DNA from: Octopus vulgaris
Taxonomy: Eukaryota
DNA: 64,000 nucleotides
Reading direction: 5' to 3'
Assembly (NCBI GenBank): GCA_951406725.2
Contig: OX597820.1
Span: 116,560,001 to 116,624,000, forward strand
The position numbers were made by a program, and so were the translations under genes. Position 1 is the stretch's first letter. Every line of letters starts with the position of its first letter. Shown here piece after piece: positions 52,413-64,000 of this stretch. The notes beneath the pieces are model-generated. The model worked only from the letters and a program-made list of their open reading frames with translations, made no database searches and was not told the DNA's origin.

Positions 52413-53999
52413 CAAGCATAAAATATGTTTTTTTTTTGCAAATTTATTTTTACAAATCACATGGTACCAAGAAAGAATTAAAAAAAAAGGTTATATTGCA
52501 GGCATCTACAATACAGGAGTAAGAAGTTTGCTCCCCAACCACATGGTCCCAGGTTCAGTCCCATTGCATGGCACCTAGAGCAAGTGTTTTCTAATATAGC
52601 CTTAGGCCATTCAAAGCCTTCTGAGTGGATCTGGTTGATGGAAACTGAAAGAAGCCTATCACTGTCTTTGTGTCTGCCCCCACCAGTTGACAACTGGTGA
52701 GTTTACATTCCCATTCCAAATTCCTGAGCAGTCCTTTCATCCAAAATATATTTATGTTTTATGAAAGGTCAGTAACAATTCATCATCATCATCATTTAAT
52801 GTCCGTATTCCATGCTGGCATGGGTTGGACGGTTCGACTGAGGACTGACAAACCAGGAAGCTGCACCAAGCTCCAATCTGATCTGGCAATGTTTCTACAT
52901 CATGATGCCCTTCCTAACGCCAACCACTCTGAGAGTGTAGTGGGTGCTTTCTACGTGCCACTAGCACGGGAGACAGTCAGGTGGCACTGGCATCAACCAC
53001 ACTTGAATGCTGATTTTCACATGCCACTGGCATTAGCATCAGACATGTTCCAATGGTGCCTTTTATGTGCCAGTCAGGCGGCACTGGTCTCATCAAAATA
53101 GAATCTGGGAAGAGTGAAATTAAATAATGTAAAATATTTCTGGTTTTGGCCACTGCATCAACCCAGTTTTAATAATTCTTCAACATCAGATGAAGGTATG
53201 TGGCTTGGTGGTTAGGGTGGTGCTCTCACAATCACCAGACCACGATTTCAATTTCCAGACCAGGCAGTGCACTGTGTTCTTGAGCAAAACACTTCATTTC
53301 ACATAGGTCCAGTCCAAATGAGTGACTCTGTGATGGACTGGCATCTGGTGATATTGTGATATTGGTCACTTATATGCCAAAGAAACCAAATAACAGACCT
53401 CCAAGTCCTAAGAATTGAGACAACACCTACTTAAAACAGCAACAAGAAAAGGGAATCAGGTAGAGAGCCATTACATGGCTACTTTAACTGCTAGAAATAC
53501 CAGCCAAATCTCCCTAAAATCACTCTTTGGAGAATTTAGTGTTAAATGCAGAGTATTTGAAGAAAAGATGAAATAATAAGAGCTGGAAGCTTTTGATCGT
53601 AGGTTTAATCAGTCAGAGCAGGCCTAGGGCTAAACAACAATAGCAACACATGTGAAACTGCTTGTTCTACTATCCTCTTTTGAATGAACCCTTTCATTAC
53701 CAACCCGGCTGAATCTGGCTCTGTAGTACAAATGTCTTGTTTTCATAAATTTTGAATTAAAATCTTCCACCAAACCTTAGTCACAATATATGTTCCTAAC
53801 ATTAGATGAATGATTACTAAGTTATTTAACTTAAATTCTTTGTTACATCTAAAGTAGTTGAAAGAAACACAGAGCATCTCAAAATAAATACGGTAACGAA
53901 AGGGTTAAAACTTGAATTTAAAATTGGGGAAATAGAAGAAAATAAAAGTTGAAAAAAACGAGAAGAAGAAGAAAGACAATCTAAAATTTTCTTCCATAC

Positions 54000-54086
54000 C
54001 TGTCTCAAGATAACAAGAAGGTCATCCTGTTCAAAACTGAGTTCACCTCCTTTTGGATCACCGGTGAATTCATACAATGCTTTTGC
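54000..54086 (-). CDS. SH3PX1: SNX9/18/33-family sorting nexin, SH3 N-half exon (AKALYEFTGDPKGGELSFEQDDLLVILRQ)
   Basis: ALYEF..ELSF SH3 motif; acceptor tttcttccag, donor gtatgg; 87 nt, phase 0-0. Upstream start exon not located. Confidence 0.93.
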
Positions 54087-55206
54087 CTGGAAGAAACAGA
54101 AAAAGAGCAGATTATATTAAGAAGTACTGCAAGTTAGAGAATGAAGTGACTTATAACGGAATTATTAGAGTGTGTTATAATTCCATTTGAAAAGGTTACT
54201 TGGGCAAAAGGTTTAACTTTGGTAAGTTAAATTTATACAGAATCAACCAATGAAAATAATTATCTGAATGCTGCAGAAGAAACTTATAACTCATATCCTT
54301 ATTTTCTGGTACAAAAAAAAGTGTAAAAAAAAAAATAAAATATAAAAAATAACTTTTTAGCTCACGAATTAAATGAGCTAAGATTGGTGTTCAGTTTACC
54401 AAGAACTATCATTGCATGTCTTAACTTTTATTTGTATCTGTGTGTTTCTGCTAAGCATTTTGCATACATACACAGATGCAGATGTGGTTGGCTGGTTAAG
54501 AAGCTTGCTTTGAAACTACATGGTTTCAGGTTCAGTGCCAGGGTGTGGCACCTTGGGCATATGTCCTCTAATATAGCCCTAGGTCAACCAAAGCCTAGCA
54601 AATGTAATTGAAAACTGCAAAAAGATCATCTTTTATGTGTGTCTGTGTCTGTGTGAGAGAGAGAGAGGGGTGGGAGTGCATGTGCGTGTGAATATGTACC
54701 CTTCTTTTGGACATCACATGATAACTGTAAATGAGCATCACCATCATACAAGTGGGGTTGTTTGTTTTCAGTCTTCTGTGGAATGTTTGGCCATGGAGAA
54801 GTACAACCTGGCTTGGAAATAAGCGAGGGTTGGCAACAGGAATAGCACCCAGTTGTAGAAAACCTGCTTCAACAGATTCTGTCTGACCCATGGAAAGAAG
54901 CATGGAAAAGTGGACACTAAAGGATGATGACAAAGTCATCCTTGCAACCTATTAACTTCTAACAATCAGCATCTAGCTCACATGTTTACACACAAGAAGT
55001 GTCATTCATTTAACCCAAGTTTGAAAACCAGCAGCATTTTATTTTAATTTCATCATCATCGTTTAATGTCCATTTTCCATGCTAGCATGGGTTGGACGGT
55101 TCAACCGGGGTCTGGAAAGCCAGGAGGCTGCACCAGGCTCCAGTCTGATCTGGCAGTGTTTCTACAGCTGGATGCCCTTCTTAATGCCAACCACTCTGTG
55201 ATACCA

Positions 55207-55626
55207 GCACAGGTATCACAACTACAATTTCCATTTGATATTTATTTTGATGTTGATGTACTTGACTCAATAGGTCTCCTCAAGCACAGCAGATCATGTG
55301 CCACCAGCACAGGAGCCAGTCAAGGTGGAGCTGGCATCGGCCACGTCCGGATGGTGCTTTTTACGTGCTGCTGGCACAGGTATCACAACTACAATTTCCA
55401 TTTGATATTTATTTTGATGTTGATGTACTTGACTCAGTAGGTCTCCTCAAGCACAGCAGATCATGTGCCACCAGCACAGGAGCCAGTCAAGGTGGAGCTG
55501 GCATCGGCCACGTCCGGATGGTGCTTTTTACGTGCCGCTGGCACAGGTATCACAACTACAATTTCCATTTGGTATTTATTTTGATGTTGATGTACTTGAC
55601 TCAATAGGTCTCCTCAAGCACAGCAG
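55207..55626. repeat. 167-bp tandem repeat (2.5 copies) inside a family B element (55051-55680)
   Basis: Units start at 55207, 55374 and 55541 and are nearly identical. Confidence 0.92.
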
Positions 55627-56765
55627 GTCACCCTATGATCCAAGGTAAGCACAGCAGGTCGTTCTGCAATCCAAGGTACTTTGGATGGGCTGGTACTTTG
55701 GAAATTTCTTAATTTTTTAATTCTCCCAAATCTTTAAAATGAATAATGTACAAGTTTCTGATGCCTTTTGACAGATATTTTCATCTTATCAACTCTGCAT
55801 GAATTTGAAATGTGAAACTATAACAACAATATGGCTGCTAGCCATCTGCGACTGTGAAATATCATCGCATAAATTTAGATTCATCCCAATGGGCCGAGTT
55901 TGACAAGTTGTTCATCTACTAATTGAGGAATTTGGCAGATTCTTATCTTACTGTAATTATGAAACAACAGTGTATATCACAAAGTGGGTGGAATGAGATG
56001 AATGGCTGTTAGGACGATGGAGATTTGGCATGGCTGACTGGACATTCAACCTGTTTGGTGGTAGCACAGTTTCGCACTGGGAGCACACACACACACACAC
56101 ACACACACACAAGCATGCACACACAGAAATTATATACATATAATTGATTTTTTCGTGAATTCTCCCTATATATATATATATATATATATATATTTCTTTA
56201 CTGCCAACAAGGGGCCAAACATAGAGGGGACAAACAAGGACAGACAAAGGGATTAAGTCGATTACCTCGACCCCAGTGCGAAACTGGTACTTTATTTATC
56301 GACCCCGAAAGGATGAAAGGCAAAGTCAACCTTGGCGGAATTTGAACTCAGAACGTAACAGCAGACGAAATACCGTTTAGCATTTCGCCCGGCGTGCTAA
56401 TGTTTCTGTCAGCTCACCACCTTATATATATATATATGTGTGTGTGTGTGTACACACATATATATGTATGCGTATATATATATGTATGTGTATGTATATA
56501 TATATTTTACGTGCCGCTGGCACGGAAGCCTGCCTTAACTGGCTTCCATGCCGGTGGCACGTAAAATGCACCAACTGATTGTGGCTGTTGTCAGCCTTGC
56601 CTGGCACCTGTGCTGGTGGTTGGCGTTAGGAAGGGCATCCAGCTGTAGAAACTCTGCCAGATCAGAATAGAGCCTGGTGCAGCCTTCTGGCTTCCCAGAC
56701 CCCAGTTGAACTGTCCAACCCATGCTAGCATGGAAAACGGACATTAAACGAAGATGATGATGATG

Positions 56766-56799
<34 letters not shown>

Positions 56800-57634
56800 T
56801 AGATAGATAGAGAGAGAGAGAGGGATAGAGTTAGACATTACAATTTATCAATTGAATATGATTAATATAAACATTCATCCACAAAAAGAGAATTATGCTC
56901 TCACACACACACACAAATATATATGGAGAGAGAGGGAGAGAGGGGGGAGGGAGACATAGAGAAAAAAAAACATTCAAACATATGATGCCAAATAAGTCAG
57001 TGTCAAATCAGCAATGGTAAATAAGCGCTGCCAAATTGGCTGTGCCCAAAATGTCTTGTACAGCAAAGTGATGATAATTAGCGTTTCCAAAAGTTTTGGT
57101 TATTTTCATAAAGCTTCATCTCAAAAGTATAAGCAGGCATGGCTGTGTGGTAAGAAGTTTTTTTCCCAACCACATGGTTCCAAGTTCAGTCTTACTATAT
57201 GGTACCTTGGGCAAGTTCTTCTACTATAGTTTCAGGCCAACAAAAGCCTTGTGGATGGATTTGGCAGGTGGAAACTGAAGGAAGCCCTTTGTGTGAGTCT
57301 GTGTGTGTGTGTGTGTATGTGTGTTTCTGTCACACCATTATTTGACAACTGGTGTTGGTGTGTTTACGTCCCCATAACTTAACAGTTTGGCAAAAGAGAC
57401 CAACAGAATAAATACCAAGCTTATAAAAACAAGTAATCGGGTTGATTCATTTGACTAATAATTCAATCCAGAGCCCCAGCATGGCCACAGTCAAATGAAT
57501 GAAACAAGATTTTTAAAAAAAACCCCAGATATTTATGGACTTCACCACACTTTATGAATCATGGAAGTGTACAAAATATATTCATCATCATTATCATCAT
57601 TCAACGTTCGTTTTCCATGCAAAATTTATTTCCT

Positions 57635-57677
<43 letters not shown>

Positions 57678-60600
57678 TCATTGTTGTTTAACAGCCGGGG
57701 GTTGCACCAGTTTCCAATCTGATTTGACAAGGTTTCTACGGCTGGATGCCCTTCCTAATGCCAACCACTCCAAGAGTGTAGTGGGTGCTTTTTACATGCC
57801 ACTGGCACAGGTGCCAATGACCTGACATAGGTATCAGCCACAACTACAGTCTCACTTGGCTTGAAATTTTGAATTTAGTGTACCCCCCCCCCCCGTACTA
57901 CGTTTGCAGGCCATCAAAGGTCTGCAAACCCCAGGTTGGGAACCATTGGCCTGGTGGTTGGTTAGGGTGTTGCACTCTCAACCAAAGGACCATGGTTTCA
58001 ATCCCTGCAAATAGGTAGAACATTGGGATCCTGATCTTTCCATGTTGCTCCAATCTCTCAGCTGTAAATGAGTTCCAATGATAACTTGGAAGTTAACACT
58101 GCAATGGACTGGCGTTCTATCCAGGTGGAGGATGTAATTGTCCTTCATTCAGTTTCATAAATTATCCATCTGAACCTAGGTTAATGAATTGTTCTGTGCA
58201 GTAAATCTGCACATGTGCATGCATGCATATGTAGCCTGTAAACAAAGGCTTGACCTGCTAAAATTAGCAGTTAAAACCCCATACCTTAGCCTTAACCCTT
58301 CTATTACCATATTTCGGTTGCAATACATTGCCTTAGCTTCAATAAAATTTTTAAATATTGAAGAATTTAATAAAATTGGAATGAGATGAGTGGGTGTGGC
58401 TTTTGAGTGCTGACAATTTTGCATGGTTAATTGAACATTCAGCCTGTTTTAGCAATGGTTTTTGCCATTCCAGTCAAACATGTGCAGGAATATTCACATG
58501 CAAATAGAGAGAGAGATTACAACATTAGTTGAACACAACTGACATAAATACTCATACACATTGCTAACCAACCACATGGTTCCGGGTTCAGTGCCACTGC
58601 GTGGCATCTTGGGCAAGTGTCTTCTGCTATAGCTCCGGGCCGACCAATGCCTTGTGAGTGGATTTGGGAGACGGAAACTGAAAGAAGCCTGTCGTATATA
58701 TATGTATATATATATATGTATGTGTGTGTTTGTGTGTCTGTGTTTGTCCCCCTAGCATTGCTTGACAACCGATGGTTGTGTGTTTACATCCCCGTCACTT
58801 AGCGGTTCGGCAAAAGAGACCGATAGAATAAGTACTGGGCTTACAAAGAATAAGTCCCGGGGTCGATTTGCTCGACTAAAGGCGGTGCTCCAGCACGGCC
58901 GCAGTCAAATAACTGAAACAAGTAAAAGAGAGAAAGAGAAAGAGACACATAGAGAAATTGTTTGTACCAAAATGTCTCATCCCCAAGTAAAATAATTCAC
59001 TATCAATCTGGTATTTAAGGCGGAAATCTGGCAAAATAGGCACCATGCAGGACAAAATGCCTGGAGGCATATTTTCTGATTTCAAATTTCAATGAAACAA
59101 GTAAATCATCATCATCATCATCGTTTAACGTCCGCTTTCCATGCTAGCATGGGTTGGATGGTTCAACTGGGGTCTGGGAAGCCGGGAGGCTGCACCAGGC
59201 CAGTCAGATCTGGCAGTGTTTCTACAGCTGGATGCCCTTTCTAACGCCAACCACTCCGTGAGTGTAGTGGGTGCTTTTTATGTGCCATCGACACAGGTGC
59301 CAGACAAGGCTGGCGAATGGCCATGCTCGGATTGTGCTCTTTATGTGCCACCGGCACGGAGGCTAGGTGAGGCTGGCGAACGGCCATGCTTGGATGGTGC
59401 TCTTTACGTGCCACCGGCACGGAGCCCAGGCGAGGCTGGCACGGCCACGATCGGATGGTGTTTGTTACGTGCCACCATCACGGAGGTAAATCACGTTTCA
59501 CAAACAGTTTGAAACCCAAGTTAAAGTTAATTCACCTCCACAAGTTGTCAATCCCCTTATGAAGAACATGATCACTAGATTATCTCTTTACTATCTGCTG
59601 AAAGAAATTAATATATACTAATTGCTTCAATGAAATTCCACACCTCTTCACATTCTAGCAGTTCATTTCAAAAACAGCTTGAGATTACAAAAGTATTGCT
59701 CCAGCAATTTATGCAAATATTTGTTCTCACAATAAAAATGTTGTTTGTCTTCATCGTTATTTCATTCAATAAACAATTACATATTTATTGAACAAATACA
59801 AGAGATGATAGTGAAAACAATCGTGACATTACAAGTCAAAACAAAATCAAACTCGGGCTTCCTAAAGTGTTGCCATCAGACAAAATGAAATGCTAAATGT
59901 TGATGACAATTCCAATATATGTTCCCATATTTACTGACCTAAATAATGAAAGACTATGATAGAAAGCAATAGAAAATACCAGGTTTTTTTTTAGCTTAAA
60001 ATGTAAAAATGAAGGAAAAATACGAAAGATTTCCTTCAGGTTTTCATTTTCTAACCAAACTTATAAATAGGAGAATTATGTAACACACCCTAGAGATTAT
60101 GAATTAATTCAATGCAAGAATTCATATAATTTGGTGGTATAGAATTACCAAGTGGAGCATAAAGAAAATTATATGATATACCACATGCCAAGGTTATCTA
60201 AAGTGGGTTCCATGAAAAAATTCTGAGATTTTCCATGTCAAGGTGCTTTAATAAAATTTTAAAATTTATTTGATAAAAAAATGATATTCATTATTTTAAA
60301 ACTAATATCTGTTATCTTTTACTTGTTTCAGTCATTAGACTGCGACCATGCTGGGGCACTGCCTTGCAGAATATTAGTACAATGAATCAATTCCCAACTT
60401 ACTTTTTTTAAGCCTGGTACTTATTCTATCAGTCTCTGTTGCTGAACTGCTAAGTTACAGATACATAAACTGCTAAGTTACAGATACATAAACAAACAAG
60501 GCGCAGGAGTGGCTGTGTGGTAAGTAGCTTGCTAACCAACCACATGGTTCCGGGTTCAGTCCCACTGCATGGCATCTTGGGCTTCAAATGATGCCACCGC

Positions 60601-60773
60601 TACTGGCTGAGTGATCAGGCCAACATTCCTCCTGATTGGAAGACTAATTCATTGCAGGGTTATCCATTTACAACCAAGGGGACTGGAACAACATGAAGTG
60701 TTTTGCACAAGAACACATGCGGCACCTGGTCCAGGAATTGAACCCGTGATTGTGCAATACCCTAACCACTAGG

Positions 60774-60820
<47 letters not shown>

Positions 60821-62129
60821 AATGGAAAAATAATAGTAAACGAGACTAATATGTTTAGTAATCTGTTGCTATTATGTTAAACTGTTGTATGTCCAAATTT
60901 GACCAAATGCGTGTTTTTCAATATCTATTTTTGTTTGCAAAAGCTGGTTCTTTTGGCCAAACTATCGTATCTCCAGCTGTTTCAGACACCAAAATATCAA
61001 AAATTGTCAAAGTGTAGTATAATGGTTTTGCTATGGAATGATGAAACTATTTTTTCGTTTTCTGAAAAAGTAACATTTTGGACTTAATGACACTTGTATC
61101 ACAGCAATGTATCACAGCAATGTAAAAAGAAAAGCGTTTTTTCCTTTTATGTGCCGGTGGCATATAAAAAGAACCATCCGAACATGGCTGGCTCCCGTGC
61201 CGGTGGCACATTAAAAGCTCCAACAGATCGTGGCCAATGCCGGACCCCCCCTAGCACCTGTGCAGGTGGCACGTAAAAAGCACCCACTACACTCGCGGAG
61301 TGGTTGGCGTTAGGAAGGGCAGCCAGTTGTAAAAACACGGCCAGATCAGACTGGAGCCTGGCGCAGCCCCTGGCTTCCCAGACTCCGGTCGAACCGTCCA
61401 ACCCATGCTAGCATGGAAAATGGACGTTAAACGATGATGATGATGATGTTGATGATCTCTCAACTTGTGTGGGATATATTTTCTCAATAGTGTTGATGAT
61501 ACAATGCAACAAGATGCGGAGCTTTTTTATGATGGTGAATGAGATTCGAGAGAGTGATTTGACTGCTGTCCCTACCAGATCAAGTGACTACATTATGACT
61601 CCCTTGTTGGCTTAATAACAACACTTTTCCCCCCTTCTTACTCTTAATGTAAAATATAAATAAAATGATATTAAGTTCCTTATAAATTTTGGCAAATATT
61701 CTAAATCAACATTTCTCAAAAGTGGAGGGAGAGGCAATGCCTCTGCGAAGATAAAGACTGGCTTACTGATGCCTTTCTATGTATCTTTTATAGTTTGGGG
61801 TAACCCACAGTTGGATGATAATAGAGAGTAGGAGTCCCTATGGATAAGATGACATGTTGAGAAGGCAATAAGCAAAGAAAGGCTAGGCATCACTGGTGCG
61901 TATAGAAAGAATTTAGTAAAGAAAAATAAACTATATTTAGAAACCAGTGCACTGATAAGGTCTTGATTAATGATCATTTTGTTCCACTAAACAAACCTGA
62001 CATTACTGTTTAGTTGAGGGCTATGAACTCTAAAGTAGAGGTAAGGGTCCTAGAAAACAGTCGGTGAATCAATTTTAATTTGCATTGGGAGCCAACTTCC
62101 TTCACTTACAGACAAATCCACTCTACCAC

Positions 62130-62165
<36 letters not shown>

Positions 62166-63279
62166 TATGATTTTACCAATGAATGCAACTATAAAGCAAA
62201 ACATAACCAAAAAGTCTCAATCTTTAGTCATCTCGTCTGGATGAAAAGAAATAAACCTAAATAGCTATAACTTATTTTTCCACACTTTGAACAGATGTCT
62301 AAACATCATCCTACTTATTTCCCTCTTCTGTCACATATCTATAAATTCAAGATATGGAACAAACTCCATTACATGTATCAGATCCACCAAATTAGAAGTC
62401 CTATATATCAGCTGTGTAATATTAGTCATTTATTTATGAACCAAAATAAAAAGACAAATAGTTTACAGATACCTAGGAAGAAACCAAGTGTAAAAATGCC
62501 AATCTTCACTTTCAAGGAATACTGAAAGAATGTTAATAGTACCAGTTCTAATTAGTTGTCTAATGAAACACTGACTAAGACTTTTTTCCCACACATTGAG
62601 TACAAAACAATTAGCTGCTGCTACAAGTTGACCAGAATCTTTCATTATCGACCAATATTATTAACTTGAGCTTTTTTTCTTCTTTGCATATATCTTTTGT
62701 TTCAGTTGTTGAACTGTGGCCATGCTGGGGCAGTGTTTTGAACAAATCAACTCCTGTACTTATTTTGTAAAGTTTGGTACTTATTCTTGAAATTCCTTTT
62801 ACTGAACTGATACATTACAGGGATGTAAATAAACCAACACCAGTTGTCATACAGAAGTGGGGGAACAATCACAGATACACAAACACACACACGTGTATCA
62901 TGGGCTTCCACGCAGTTTCCAGTTGGCTTGGGGCTATAGAAGACACTTGCCCAAGCTGCTGTACAGTGGGATTGAACATGAAACCGTATCATTGCAAAGT
63001 GAATTTCTTAACCACACAGCCATGCCTGCGCCAAGAGCCTCGGATTATTTTGAAATTTATTTTATGAGGGTTTAAAATGGAGTTGGCAACACTACTAAAT
63101 AAAACATGGGCTACAAAGTTTGTAATTTGATACAGGCTTAAGATTCTAAAACAAGATTTATCTAAGAGAAAAGAAGACAAGAAAATCTTGTGAGGGATTT
63201 TACAGCAATTTTTAACATTTTTTTAATGTGTCAATTAGTAGCAATTTAAAGTTTGAATGCTTTCACACACACACACACA

Positions 63280-63320
<41 letters not shown>

Positions 63321-64000
63321 AATCTCTGAACGAGGTATAAACAGTACTTCATATATATATATATGAAAGCATTCAAACATATATATAAACTAAAATGTAA
63401 TTAATTCTTAAGTGGTTGATATTGAAATAAAGAAATTTCCACAATAAAACATAGAAATGAATAGTATTTGATTTAGAAGAGAAAGGAAACAGTATTTCAG
63501 TCGTTAAGAGAAAGTAACCCATTTATTTCACTTGTTTTATAATAAATAAACCAATGTATAAAATGAAAATAGGATGTGCTGGAACTGCAAACTGTTTCAG
63601 CTGTAGCATATGTATCGATAGACATATTTCTGAAGAAGTGGAGGAGGAGGAGGAGGAGATGTGGGGGTGGGGGTGGGGGGGGTGATGGGTGGAGAACAAC
63701 ACTGACAGTTGTTAATGCAAATATATCAAGCTTTCTTTTTGTTGTTGGAGAGAATACAAAACACACCAGAACAATAGCCGAAATTCAAAACACACGACTC
63801 TGCAGGTTCAGTCAGCTTCAAATGAAACCAGTCTCTAATTGCTAAATTTCTCTTCTGTACGATGGTGATGGTGATGGTAAGTGATTATGGTGGTGGTGGT
63901 GGTGGTGGAGGATTAATATTTCTTAATAATGTTGAGTGCTTATTGATTCATGCTTCCAGAGATCTTCCAAGAGAAAAAAACAAAAATAAATAAAAATAAA

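Noticed and set aside
63640-63692. G-rich tract or G-quadruplex as a promoter mark
   Set aside because: Simple-sequence runs are common throughout the window and there is no independent promoter evidence.

Overview
AT-rich, microsatellite- and retroposon-dense eukaryotic intronic DNA; the repeat repertoire suggests a coleoid cephalopod, probably Octopus (inference, not checked against a database). The window is spanned by one minus-strand multi-exon gene of the SNX9/18/33 (SH3PX1/lst-4) sorting nexin family. I traced 11 phase-compatible GT-AG exons (54086 down to 1768; 1252 nt, 417 codons) encoding SH3, low-complexity acidic DDW region, Yoke/PX and the start of BAR. The start exon was not identified and the rest of BAR lies below position 1. 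Introns hold several tRNA-derived SINE families, RTE-type 3' ends, CR1/L2, R4/Dong and gypsy fragments, a full-length degenerate mariner, hAT- and piggyBac-type MITEs and a small Helitron. Nearly all ORFs in the supplied track are repeat artefacts. I found no clearly new biological system. The best leads are a frame-preserving 150-nt candidate cassette exon, a candidate BAR-truncating terminal exon, a stack of three divergent Dong/R4 3' ends next to SINE (TAA)n tails, modular SINE tail swapping, and inverted near-identical SINE pairs around exons. Repeat boundaries are approximate; exon boundaries were counted by hand.
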